From positions 12,969 to 76,968 of the forward strand of contig CAIOTH010000134.1 of NCBI GenBank assembly GCA_903861145.1: DNA of 64,000 bases, given 5' to 3'. The notes below the pieces were generated by a model. It was not told where the DNA came from and ran no database searches. It worked only from the letters and a program-made list of their open reading frames with translations. Positions within the stretch are counted from its first letter, which is position 1. Every line of letters begins with the position of its first letter. Both the position numbers and the translations under genes were made by a program. This DNA is from an uncultured Bacteroidota bacterium (GTDB lineage Bacteria > Bacteroidota > Bacteroidia > Chitinophagales > LD1). Below are positions 37,470 through 47,052 of this stretch, in pieces.

Positions 37470-40400
37470 ATGAGAAACAAGTTTACACGGTTTTCTTTAT
37501 CAACGGTTTTTGCAAATTACACTGTGGTGCTTTTTCTGCTACTGGCAGTTGGCTCTTTGCGGGCGCAAACTGTGTGCGATGCGCACTTTGCACATTACTC
37601 GCTTCACAACCCTGATAGCCTGCACTTTTATCCATCATCGGCACACGCGGTGGGGTATAGCTGGAATTTTGGCGATGGTGGTACTTCAACCAATCAAGAC
37701 CCTTGGCATTTCTTTACAACCGCCGGCACCTATAATGTATGCTTAACGGTAGCCGACAGCAACGGAACCACATGCACCTGGTGCGACACCGTGCATATAG
37801 GCACCGTGCCAACGTGCAATGCTGCCTTTAGTTATTATACTATACACAACCCCGATAGCCTGCATTTTTATCCCAATGGGTCAGCGGGCACAGCATACTA
37901 TTGGAATTTTGGTGATGGCACAACTTCGCCGCAACAATATCCATGGCATTATTACGCGCACGCCGGTACTTACATCGTTTGCTTAACGGTGGCTGATACA
38001 TCGGGTGTAACCTGTAGTAAGTGCGATACGGTAACTGTGGGACCTGCGCCAACTTGTAGCGCTGCTTTTAACCACTACGCTTTAACTAATCCTGATAGTT
38101 TGCATTTTTACGCAACCGCAACTTCAGGTATCACCTCTTACTATTGGAATTTTGGCGATGGCACAACATCTCCTCATAACACACCTTGGCACCTTTTCAG
38201 TGGGCCGGGCACTTATAATGTATGCTTAACGGTTGTTGACAGCAATGGTAACACCTGCACCAGTTGCGATAATGTGCATGTAGGCCCTGCAACTACCTGC
38301 AGCGCAGCTTTTAGTCATTATAGCATCAGCAATCCGGATAGTATGCACTTCTATCCAATTACTACTACTGCGGTCGCTTCATACTATTGGAATTTTGGAG
38401 ATAACACAACATCAACGGTTCAATATCCATGGCATTATTACCCGCATGGCGGCACTTATTATGTATGCCTTACCGTAGTTGATACCAATGGCGTAACATG
38501 CACCAGCTGCGATACAATTAGCGCGGGCCACGCATCAACCTGCAGCGCAGTATTTGTGCATTATGTTGTAAATAACGATAGTATTCACTTTTACCCAACC
38601 GGGTTACACGGCCTTAGTTATTACTGGAGTTTTGGTGATGGTACCACAAGCACTATCTTCAACCCATTTCATACCTACGCAACACCAGGTACTTACAATG
38701 CCTGCTTAACAGTAGCAGATAGCAATGGACAAACATGCACATCATGCGATACGGTAGTATTTGTGGGTCCAAACGCGAGTACATGCAGTGCCTCGTTCAG
38801 CCATTACGCAGGTAGCAATCCTGATAGTTTGCACTTTTACGCAACCGGTGAGCATATAGCCACTTATAGCTGGAGTTTTGGCGATGGTAGTACATCACCG
38901 CACGGTAATCTATGGCACGTTTTCAGCGGGCCGGGTACTTATTATGTTTGTTTAAGTGTGGTTGACAGTTCGGGACAAAGTTGCTCGAAGTGCGATACTA
39001 TTCATATAGGTACGGTATCGCCTACATGCAACGCCCAGTTTAGTTATTATACGATACACAATCCCGATAGCCTTCATTTTTATCCAACCGGCACAGCGGC
39101 CCATTCTTACTACTGGAATTTTGGCGATGGAACAACCTCGACACAGCAGTATCCATGGCACTTATATAGTGGCCAGGGTACTTACCGCGTGTGCTTGTAT
39201 ATGGCCGATACAGCAGGTGTTACCTGCGACCAGTGCGATACGGTGCATGTTACCGGTGTAACAACAACCTGCATTGCCCAATTTGCGCATTATAACCTTA
39301 CCGGTGTTAATATTGACAGCGTTCATTTTTATGCTACAGGTCCACACGCCGCATCGTATTACTGGACATTTGGTGATGGCGCGACCTCACCGCACAGCGA
39401 CCCATGGCATTATTACGCTCATCCGGGTGTTTACACTGCATGCTTAACGGTAGTTGATAGCGCCGGCACCAGTTGCACCAACTGCGATACCGTTACTATT
39501 ACTGCGATTAACAGCTGCAATGCGCAGTTTAGCTATTACACGATACACAACCCAGATAGCCTTCACTTCTATCCTACCGGTGCGCCGTCGGCATCGTATT
39601 ACTGGAATTTTGGTGATGGTACTATATCAACACTTCAATATCCATGGCACTTTTATAGTAATGCCGGCACCTATTATGCCTGCCTTACAGTTGCCGACTC
39701 GGCGGGTATAACTTGTACTCATTGCGATACGGTACGTGTAGGGCCGCCAACTACCTGTAATGCGCAGTTTGCTCATTACTCTATGGGAACCAATGTTGAC
39801 AGTGTTCATTTTTACCCTACCGGTACACATGTTGCTTCGTATTACTGGAATTTTGGCGATGGAACCACATCTACCAACATGGACCCATGGCACCATTATG
39901 CAGGGCCGGGCACTTACTATGCTTGCTTAACGGTTGCAGATTCAGGTGGTGTTACATGCACCAACTGCGATACGGTTTATGTGGGTTCGCCACATACCTG
40001 TAACCCGGCATTCAGCCATTACAGCATTAACAACGCGGATAGTATACACTTCTATCCCACCGGTACCGGTTCAACGGCATGGTACTGGAGCTTTGGCGAT
40101 AGCACCACTTCTACATCACAATATCCTTGGCATTATTATACCAGCGATGGTATTTATTATGTGTGCTTAACGGTTGTAGGCCCATCGGGTACCACCTGCA
40201 CCCAATGCGATACCGTACATGTAGGCACACAGGGCTTTGGCGTACATGCCCAGCACCACCCGGCAAGTAATAGCAATAACCCCGACAGCGTTCAGTTTAC
40301 GCCGATAGGCTCGCCGGATGCCGTGGCTTGGTACTGGGATTTTGGTGATGGCTCATACGCCTGCCAGGAAAGCCCAATACATTACTACGCCAGCGTGGGT

Positions 40401-40751
40401 ATTTACTACGTAACACTTACAGCTGCCGATACAGCCGGTGCAGTTTCGGTTTCGTACGACACGGTTAACACAGGCACTACCGGTGTAGTAAATGTGCAGC
40501 CAACAGCGGCAGTAGCCAAAATATACCCTAACCCGATGAACGACTTTGCTATAGTGTATATGAAAAACATTACCGGCACTGCTGTTTTAAGGTTGTATGA
40601 CATTACCGGCCAATTGGTATATGGTAAAGATAACCTGGGCGATGGCAGCTTTACGGTTAATACGCACAACTTTACAGCAGGTGTTTATTTCTACACTATT
40701 GGCGATAGCAGTGAAATTATAGCCCAGGGTAAATTGATGGTTATCCATTAA
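37470..40751 (+). CDS. T9SS-secreted protein with 12 tandem PKD-like repeats
   Basis: Signal peptide MRNKFTRFSLSTVFANYTVVLFLLLAVGSLRAQ, 12 repeats of ~81-83 aa containing W.FGDG and H.Y...G.Y.VCLTV, and a C-terminal T9SS CTD (KIYPNPMNDFAIVYM...AGVYFYTI...GKLMVIH). A TATCTTTG box at 37401-37408 supports the ATG at 37470 rather than the track start at 37314. Confidence 0.9.
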   Translation: MRNKFTRFSLSTVFANYTVVLFLLLAVGSLRAQTVCDAHFAHYSLHNPDSLHFYPSSAHAVGYSWNFGDGGTSTNQDPWHFFTTAGTYNVCLTVADSNGTTCTWCDTVHIGTVPTCNAAFSYYTIHNPDSLHFYPNGSAGTAYYWNFGDGTTSPQQYPWHYYAHAGTYIVCLTVADTSGVTCSKCDTVTVGPAPTCSAAFNHYALTNPDSLHFYATATSGITSYYWNFGDGTTSPHNTPWHLFSGPGTYNVCLTVVDSNGNTCTSCDNVHVGPATTCSAAFSHYSISNPDSMHFYPITTTAVASYYWNFGDNTTSTVQYPWHYYPHGGTYYVCLTVVDTNGVTCTSCDTISAGHASTCSAVFVHYVVNNDSIHFYPTGLHGLSYYWSFGDGTTSTIFNPFHTYATPGTYNACLTVADSNGQTCTSCDTVVFVGPNASTCSASFSHYAGSNPDSLHFYATGEHIATYSWSFGDGSTSPHGNLWHVFSGPGTYYVCLSVVDSSGQSCSKCDTIHIGTVSPTCNAQFSYYTIHNPDSLHFYPTGTAAHSYYWNFGDGTTSTQQYPWHLYSGQGTYRVCLYMADTAGVTCDQCDTVHVTGVTTTCIAQFAHYNLTGVNIDSVHFYATGPHAASYYWTFGDGATSPHSDPWHYYAHPGVYTACLTVVDSAGTSCTNCDTVTITAINSCNAQFSYYTIHNPDSLHFYPTGAPSASYYWNFGDGTISTLQYPWHFYSNAGTYYACLTVADSAGITCTHCDTVRVGPPTTCNAQFAHYSMGTNVDSVHFYPTGTHVASYYWNFGDGTTSTNMDPWHHYAGPGTYYACLTVADSGGVTCTNCDTVYVGSPHTCNPAFSHYSINNADSIHFYPTGTGSTAWYWSFGDSTTSTSQYPWHYYTSDGIYYVCLTVVGPSGTTCTQCDTVHVGTQGFGVHAQHHPASNSNNPDSVQFTPIGSPDAVAWYWDFGDGSYACQESPIHYYASVGIYYVTLTAADTAGAVSVSYDTVNTGTTGVVNVQPTAAVAKIYPNPMNDFAIVYMKNITGTAVLRLYDITGQLVYGKDNLGDGSFTVNTHNFTAGVYFYTIGDSSEIIAQGKLMVIH
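37575..40483 (+). repeat. 12 in-frame tandem repeats (~243-249 bp each) encoding Cys-containing PKD-like modules
   Basis: Each unit begins with C(N/S)A.F.HY and contains NPDS(L/M/I)HFY, YYWNFGDGTTS, PWH.Y..GTY.VCLTV.D..G.TC..CDTV. Unit 12 is degenerate and lacks the Cys residues. Confidence 0.9.
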
Positions 40752-40776
40752 TCCCGATAAATTCCCTGTATTAGCA

Positions 40777-40810
40777 AAAGAGCCGCGAAATATTTCCCGG
40801 CTCTTTTTTT
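40777..40810 (+). terminator. rho-independent terminator (PKD-repeat gene)
   Basis: Stem aaagagccg/cggctcttt around the cgaaatatttc core, then a T7 run. Confidence 0.8.
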
Positions 40811-40969
40811 ATGAGCGATGCAATGTGAATGAACCTCATTAGCGTAGAGTTACTAATTTGGACAGAACGTAAATGATGCAATTTTTCAAAGTAATTGTGT
40901 AATGCTATTGTAGTGAATGGGTGGCATCTTTGTATCACCAATTTATTCAGTTTCCATAAATACACAATT

Positions 40970-41434
40970 ATGAAAAATATAACTCTCCTCGCCGCAGCAA
41001 TTACCTTCGCAGTAAGTGCCGGTGCTCAAAATTCACGGCCAATCGCAAGCACGCAACATACCCCGGTTTATTCAGAAGACAAATCGGTAAGCATGTATCA
41101 CAATATTGGGAACGACCATTTTTCGGTCATTAACCGCGATTGGGAAGTTATGACTGCGGCCAAGGCTCCTTATACTCTTTTAACAGCATCAACTGCTACC
41201 AGCGATTGCTATAAGATGATTGGCACTAGTATGTTTGAAGTAAGGGGCGAAACACAAACCGGCATGTGTAAGTACGCTACAGTTAAGAATGGGGCCGTAG
41301 TACTTATAAATGGTGTAGTAATAACCGATAGCGGCAAAGTATTGCACCTTAAAAGTGGCGATAGCATAAATATGAAGGGCATTCTAACACGGAACGCAGA
41401 ACAAGAAAGTAATATTGTTGCTGAGAAGTTATAG
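40970..41434 (+). CDS. secreted hypothetical protein
   Basis: MKNITLLAAAITFAVSAGAQ signal peptide. 154 aa, bracketed by two similar hairpin terminators. Confidence 0.6.
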   Translation: MKNITLLAAAITFAVSAGAQNSRPIASTQHTPVYSEDKSVSMYHNIGNDHFSVINRDWEVMTAAKAPYTLLTASTATSDCYKMIGTSMFEVRGETQTGMCKYATVKNGAVVLINGVVITDSGKVLHLKSGDSINMKGILTRNAEQESNIVAEKL

Positions 41435-41460
41435 ACTTAGTATTATATCGTCAGTAAGTA

Positions 41461-41494
41461 AAAGGGCCGCGAAATATTTCGCGGCCCTTTTTTT
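41461..41494 (+). terminator. rho-independent terminator (40970-41434)
   Basis: The perfect palindrome aaagggccgcgaaatatttcgcggcccttt is followed by TTTT. Confidence 0.8.
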
Positions 41495-41600
41495 GTTCGC
41501 ACGAACAGAGGCCCACGAACTTAACAGGGCCGGTTACGTAAACAAATTGGGCTACATTACATTCACTTATTAAACGCTTCGGAATTTATAAAATCATATT

Positions 41601-42803
41601 ATGCAGTTTCCCGAAATTCCGGACAATGACAATGAACGATTAAAGAATATTGCCGAATTTTCGATTCTGGATAGCATGCCCGAGCGGGAATACAACGAGA
41701 TTACCAAGCTGGCCTCGTATATATGCAACACGCCAATGTGCCAGCTTAACATTGTGCACCAAAAAACTCAGTTTACCAAATCAAATTATGGCATACCCGG
41801 TGTTTATACACCCAGAGAGCTATCGGTTTGTGCGCATGCCATTAACATGCCCACTGAAATTTTAATTGTGCCAGACCTTAGACAAGACGAACGGTTTTAC
41901 GACAACCCTGCCGTGGTGGGCGAAGCTGCGCTGGTGTTTTATGCCGGTGTGCCTTTAATATCGCCGGAAGGGTTTGCACTGGGTACCCTTTGTGTTTTAG
42001 ATAATAAACCCCGTGAGTTAAGCGAACTACAACTTGATACGCTTAAGGCGCTGGCAAACCAGGTTATTTCACTGTTAGAGTTACGGCGAAGTAAAAAACA
42101 GCTTGAAAAGGCAAAGGCAGAATTGGAAGAAAAGAACCAGGAATTGGAGAAGTTCAGTTATGTAGTAGCGCATGACCTAAAATCGCCGTTAAACAACATT
42201 ACAGGATTGGCAAAGTACGTAGTAAAAAAGCATGCTGCAGCGCTGGACCCGGAAATTCAGGAAATACTACAAACAATGGCTGATTCATCGGAACGCTTAA
42301 AACGTTTGGTGGATGGAATACTTGAGCATAGCCGTTGCGAAAAACAAATAACTGAAAGCAAAAGCGAACTTGACACGGCAGTTTTTATGGCTGAAACAGC
42401 GCAGTTTTTTAGCTACTATAAAGATTGCAGCTTTAACATTACGCCGGGTAGCAGTAAAATAAACGTAAATAAAACTGCCTTATCGCAAATACTCATTAAC
42501 CTTATTTCGAACGCTATTAAGTATAATGACAAAAGGGAAATAACCATAAATATTGGATTTACTGAAACTGCGAGCGACTTTACATTTTCGGTAGGTGATA
42601 ATGGGCCCGGTATTGAGCAAAAAAACATGGCCGATATTTTTGGCATATTTAAAGTGTTTGCCAGCAGCGACCGGTTTGGCCAACAAGGCACCGGCATTGG
42701 CTTAGCCACGGTAAAAAAGCTGGTGACCAGGTTGAGTGGCGATATATCTCTTGTTTCGAATATTGGGAAGGGGACGGTTTTTAGTGTTACGTTGCCTAAA
42801 TAA
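41601..42803 (+). CDS. cytoplasmic GAF-domain sensor histidine kinase
   Basis: N-terminal GAF-like region (PDLRQDERFYDNPAVVGEAALVFYAGVPL), coiled coil, H-box VAHDLKSPLNNI, and HATPase N/G boxes (NLISNAIKYN, DNGPGI, GTGIGLA). No partner response regulator is nearby. Confidence 0.9.
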   Translation: MQFPEIPDNDNERLKNIAEFSILDSMPEREYNEITKLASYICNTPMCQLNIVHQKTQFTKSNYGIPGVYTPRELSVCAHAINMPTEILIVPDLRQDERFYDNPAVVGEAALVFYAGVPLISPEGFALGTLCVLDNKPRELSELQLDTLKALANQVISLLELRRSKKQLEKAKAELEEKNQELEKFSYVVAHDLKSPLNNITGLAKYVVKKHAAALDPEIQEILQTMADSSERLKRLVDGILEHSRCEKQITESKSELDTAVFMAETAQFFSYYKDCSFNITPGSSKINVNKTALSQILINLISNAIKYNDKREITINIGFTETASDFTFSVGDNGPGIEQKNMADIFGIFKVFASSDRFGQQGTGIGLATVKKLVTRLSGDISLVSNIGKGTVFSVTLPK

Positions 42804-42917
42804 TCTCATACCACAAACCCCGGCACCATAAAACTCTATTAGCGGACTACTATTTTAAACCCTATCTTTATAAAACAGGGTTTATGTAATTATTTTTAAA
42901 TATCTAAACGCCGTAAT

Positions 42918-45236
42918 ATGAAAAAAATATTCTCCCCGATTTTTTGTTGCCTGTTGTTGAGTTTGTCGTGTTTCAGTCAATCTATTAACTGGGAGTGGGC
43001 CGTGGCTACCAGCAATACTAATGGCCAACAAGAAGGCTACGATGTTACCACAGATAGCACTGGTAACGTTTATATAACAGGAAGCTTTAACGGAACCACC
43101 ATAAACTTTGGCAGTACCATACTAAACAACGGAGGAACTACAAATGGCTTTTTGGCCAAATATTCTACCGATGGAAATGTGATTTGGGCAGTAAGCCCCA
43201 CCACCAATATCGGCGATGTAGTTGAACCTACCCATATTGCAATTGACGGCGAGGCCAACGTTTATATCGCCGGTACATACTTCGGTACTGGCGTGGTATA
43301 TGAAACCACCGTTTTACCGGCTACGTTTCCAAATAGTTCTAATGCTTTTGTTGCGAAATACGATTCGTTGGGTGGCCTTATTTGGGTAAGAACTGCCGGA
43401 ATTAATAGCTACGCCGCTGCTACCGGGGTTGCCACTGATATGGGCGGCAATGTTTATGTAACGGGATATTTTCAGAACGATTCAATAAACTTTGATAATA
43501 TAATTTTACACAACTATCTCAACAACCCATCGCACTATTCTGTATTTGTAGTAAAATACGACTCGCTGGGGCAAGTGGTTTGGGCAAAAAGCCCGAGGGC
43601 GCTCTCGAGCCAAGCTGTGGCCGCCAGCAGGGGTATTGTGACCGACCTGGCGGGTAACGCTTATGTTACCGGCTATTACTCCGATTCTATCAGGTTTGGC
43701 AATACTACTTTACACGCTGTAGGTTCGGCCAATACCTTTCTAGCGAAATACGATGGCCAGGGCAATGTAGGCTGGGCCAAAAGTGCGGGCTTTCAGGATG
43801 ACTTACCGTTTGGTATTGCCACCGATGGTAACAGCCACGTTTATATTACGGGAGATTTTTCGAGCACTTATACTTATTTCGATACTATAAAGTTGACTAA
43901 TACCACCCCCAACGGACAGCGAGACGCATTATTTATTACCCAATATGATACCGCGGGTAACGCCATTTGGGCCAAAACGGCTGGCGCTCAATTAACCACC
44001 ATCGGTTATGGCCTTGCTACAGATGGTTGCGGCAATGTTTATTGCACAGGTGGGTTTGCGGGGCCATCTATTACTTTCGATACTTTTGCTATGGCCCCTA
44101 CCAGTGGTATTGCCGACGCACTATACCTGGTTGAGTTTAGTCCAGCCGGCAAACTTATTAGTGCAGGGGTATTGGGAAGCGGCGGCGATGACCAAAGTGG
44201 TATCCACATCGATTCAAAGGGCAATTCGTACCTAATTAGTGATTTTGAAAACCTGAATCCATTTGTGGTAGGTAATGATTCGTTAGTTTTAAGCGGCGGA
44301 GAAACTGTTTTCCTTGCCAAGTTTAGCTGCACGGCGTGTTCGCAAGATAGTTTAGGTTACAATTTGCTGTTGCCCGCAATTTGCAAGGGAGACATAGCCG
44401 TGCTTAATTTTACAGGGGGCTCGGGAATTAACGTTTCGCCATTAAGTGATGTTTTCCTCATCAATACCCAACAAGCCTGGCTGGATCCTGATACTACCAC
44501 GGTTTTTACCATTACCGGTTACCAATATTGCGATGATTATGTTAGGCAAACGTTTACGGTGCCGGTATTAGATAGCAACGGAATTAGCATTAACGCCAGC
44601 AACCCGGGTCTTTGCCCCAACGATTCGGCGCAGTTGTGCGTTCCATCTGGGTTTTCAACTTATAACTGGAGCACCGGTGATAGTACGGCCTGCATTCATG
44701 TACATAACGGCGGGAATTATAGCATAACAATTACCAATATAGGGCAGTGCTCAGCAACCGGTAGCCACGCTATTATTAGCTATGAAACGGCAGCCTTTAA
44801 CGTAAGCCAACAGGGTGATACCCTGTCATATTCCACCGGTAGTAACTACCGATGGTTGCTAGATGGCGACACCATTGCCGGAGCTACTTCATCCGCTTAT
44901 ATTACACATGCCGCTGGTACATATATTCTACAAATTACAGATTCGAATGGATGTACGGAGACTTCAAATCCTGTGGTTATTTTGGGAGTTAGTGACATAA
45001 CCGACCGCAACATTACGGTTTATCCGAATCCATCAGCGGGTATTTGGCAACTGGATTTAGATAATAATTTGCCGGGAGGCGTGGCCGAAGTGTTTGATGC
45101 CGAAGGGCACCTGGTTTTTAAAACAGAAATTAAAGCCAGGCAATCTGAAATAGGTATTAATGCCGCCAGCGGGATTTATATTTTGCGCATAACTTCAGTA
45201 GGTGTAACTGTTGTGAGGAAGCTGGTTAGAATGTAA
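42918..45236 (+). CDS. SBBP (beta-propeller) repeat protein with T9SS C-terminal sorting domain
   Basis: Repeated D..GN.Y(I/V)TG.F......F blocks (SBBP type) and a C-terminal ITVYPNPSAGIWQLDL...SGIYILRITSVGVTVVRKLVRM. Confidence 0.85.
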   Translation: MKKIFSPIFCCLLLSLSCFSQSINWEWAVATSNTNGQQEGYDVTTDSTGNVYITGSFNGTTINFGSTILNNGGTTNGFLAKYSTDGNVIWAVSPTTNIGDVVEPTHIAIDGEANVYIAGTYFGTGVVYETTVLPATFPNSSNAFVAKYDSLGGLIWVRTAGINSYAAATGVATDMGGNVYVTGYFQNDSINFDNIILHNYLNNPSHYSVFVVKYDSLGQVVWAKSPRALSSQAVAASRGIVTDLAGNAYVTGYYSDSIRFGNTTLHAVGSANTFLAKYDGQGNVGWAKSAGFQDDLPFGIATDGNSHVYITGDFSSTYTYFDTIKLTNTTPNGQRDALFITQYDTAGNAIWAKTAGAQLTTIGYGLATDGCGNVYCTGGFAGPSITFDTFAMAPTSGIADALYLVEFSPAGKLISAGVLGSGGDDQSGIHIDSKGNSYLISDFENLNPFVVGNDSLVLSGGETVFLAKFSCTACSQDSLGYNLLLPAICKGDIAVLNFTGGSGINVSPLSDVFLINTQQAWLDPDTTTVFTITGYQYCDDYVRQTFTVPVLDSNGISINASNPGLCPNDSAQLCVPSGFSTYNWSTGDSTACIHVHNGGNYSITITNIGQCSATGSHAIISYETAAFNVSQQGDTLSYSTGSNYRWLLDGDTIAGATSSAYITHAAGTYILQITDSNGCTETSNPVVILGVSDITDRNITVYPNPSAGIWQLDLDNNLPGGVAEVFDAEGHLVFKTEIKARQSEIGINAASGIYILRITSVGVTVVRKLVRM

Positions 45237-45470
45237 AAGCGTAGTGCAGATCGACCGGCGAGAACAGGAAGCCGGCAATGAACAGCTGGCCATTCTCATC
45301 TGTCTTCTACATCTTCTCTCTCAACAATACTTATCCCCACCCCATTGCAGTAATTAAAAGTGTAACTACCTTTGTTACTATATTACGAAATAACAAAATT
45401 GTATTTTAAGCGTTTTGCTGTTTTGTCTCCGTTCTTTGACATGAGGAATTTCTGTTTTCGGGCTAGGTCA

Positions 45471-45501
45471 GCTTTGACAACTTTTAAAAAGTTGTCAAAG
45501 C
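45471..45501. repeat. perfect 31-bp palindrome
   Basis: gctttgacaactttt-a-aaaagttgtcaaagc. All 15 position pairs were checked by hand and are complementary. The word CTTTGACA also occurs at 45434-45441. Confidence 0.95.
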
Positions 45502-45833
45502 ATGTTATGGTTGAGAACGGTTGAAAAACAACGTTCAGAAACCTGTATATATTATTCAAAAACAAAATAACTAAAGACACCTTTCAACAAATTGAACATC
45601 AACAAGTTGCGAAATATAGGTTTGGAAAAGGTTTAAAAAAGTTTAGAGATTTTGCGGGACTAAAGGCCTTAAAGTAATACTTTAAGTGCGGCTATATTAG
45701 CAGGCTTGTGCAGGACAAAAAAGGTAACAAAAAGGTTACAGTTTTTTTGATTGCAGAGGCAATTGTCTGAACTGTGATTTATTTGATTTTTATGATTGCT
45801 GTGATTGCATTTGAGTGCCAGGTGCCGGGCATC

Positions 45834-45873
45834 TTTAAAAACAAAAATCCCCGCCATAGGGCGAGGATTTTTT
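45834..45873 (-). terminator. rho-independent terminator (rpoD)
   Basis: On the minus strand, the hairpin aaaaatcctcgcc-ctat-ggcggggattttt is followed by GTTTTT. Confidence 0.75.
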
Positions 45874-45936
45874 AGGTGGTGGAATTGCGGTGTTGTTTAT
45901 CCTAAAGCAGGTGCCTTGCAGCACGCTGTATTTTTG

Positions 45937-46794
45937 CTATTGTATGTAAGCCTGTAGTAAATGCGGGCTGGTACTTTCTTTTAACTGGCGTATGCACTTT
46001 TCTTTTATCTGGCGCACACGCTCGCGGGTTAAATCAAAACGATCGCCTATTTCTTCCAAGGTCATTGGTATTTTACCATTCAAGCCGAAGTATGAGCTGA
46101 TGATTTCTGATTCTCTTTCGGTAAGGCCGGCGAGGGCTGTGTTTAATTGGCTCTCTACGGTTTTGTGCATCAATTGGTCTTCGGCTGATACTGCAGTGCT
46201 ATCGCTTAACACATCGCTTAGCGAGTCGTCCATATCACCCATTTTAAAATCGGTAGATAAGGTGTGGGTGTTTACGCGGAAGTATTCGTCAATTTCTTCT
46301 TTGGTCATGCCCAGCATTTCCATCAACTCTTCAACATCGGGCTCGCGCTGGTATTCTTGTTCGAATGAGTGGAATGCTTTGGTAATTTTAGTGTAGGCGC
46401 CTACCTTACTAACCGGTAAACGTATAATGCGCGATTGTTCTACAATGGCCTGCATAATTGCCTGGCGAATCCACCACACTGCGTAGCTAATAAATTTAAA
46501 GCCGCGGGTTTCGTCAAATTTATGGGTAGCACGTATTAATCCTAAATTTCCTTCGTTAATTAAATCGCTTAAAGGCAGTCCTTGATTTTGATATTGTTTG
46601 GCCACGCTAACCACAAAACGCAAATTGCCTTTTACCATGGCTTCAAGCGCGTCGCTATCGCCCATGCGTATTTTTTTGGCTAATACAGCTTCGTCTTCGG
46701 CACTGAGGAGTTCGTTTTTCGAAATCTCACTCATATACTTATCCACCTGGCTATCTCTCTGCGAAATGTTATGGGTAATTTTTAGGGGCCTCAT
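45937..46794 (-). CDS. rpoD: primary RNA polymerase sigma factor (Bacteroidota short RpoD/SigA)
   Basis: MRPLKITHNISQRDSQVDKYMSEI N-terminus, region 2 (NLRFVVSVAKQYQNQGLPLSDLINEGNLGLI.A...FD...GFKFISYAVWWIRQAI) and region 4 (TLEEIGDRFDLTRERVRQIKEKCIRQL). The ATG at 46794 gives 286 aa. Confidence 0.92.
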   Translation of the reverse strand: MRPLKITHNISQRDSQVDKYMSEISKNELLSAEDEAVLAKKIRMGDSDALEAMVKGNLRFVVSVAKQYQNQGLPLSDLINEGNLGLIRATHKFDETRGFKFISYAVWWIRQAIMQAIVEQSRIIRLPVSKVGAYTKITKAFHSFEQEYQREPDVEELMEMLGMTKEEIDEYFRVNTHTLSTDFKMGDMDDSLSDVLSDSTAVSAEDQLMHKTVESQLNTALAGLTERESEIISSYFGLNGKIPMTLEEIGDRFDLTRERVRQIKEKCIRQLKESTSPHLLQAYIQ

Positions 46795-47052
46795 AATGGG
46801 TGTTTTTGTTTTCAGGAACTTGTTTCCTACAAACATTTACGCCTAAATCACTGTAAATGTTACACCGCCCCCCACGGAAAACCGTGTATGACTATTGTCA
46901 TGTTAACTAAAAATAGTGTATAAATAATTGATAGTCAACACTATAAAAACAAGATAAATGCGTGACTTTTGTAACAACCTTACTATTTCTGCTTTGCTAT
47001 ATACACCAACAAAGGTGTTTTGCCCTACGATTAATGACTGAATGAGGCTTAT

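Noticed and set aside
37575-40483. Regular ~245-bp periodicity, considered as a possible CRISPR or non-coding tandem array
   Set aside because: The period is far too long for CRISPR and there are no unique spacers. The array is in frame and encodes recognisable PKD-like modules within one ORF.
37483-40669. Nine alternative-frame or antisense ORFs of 61-89 aa inside the PKD-repeat gene
   Set aside because: All lie within a long, well-supported 1093-codon reading frame. Their peptides are low-complexity and repeat with the same period as the sense-strand repeats, so they are by-products of the repeat.
40771-40965. 64-aa minus-strand ORF between the PKD gene and the next gene
   Set aside because: It overlaps the PKD gene terminator and the promoter region of the 40970 gene, and has no supporting features.
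45383-45857. Two minus-strand ORFs (65 and 62 aa) in the long SBBP-rpoD gap
   Set aside because: Their peptides are low-complexity (N/K/F/L-rich). One starts inside the rpoD terminator hairpin, and neither has a promoter box or signal features. The region is treated as non-coding (see finding).
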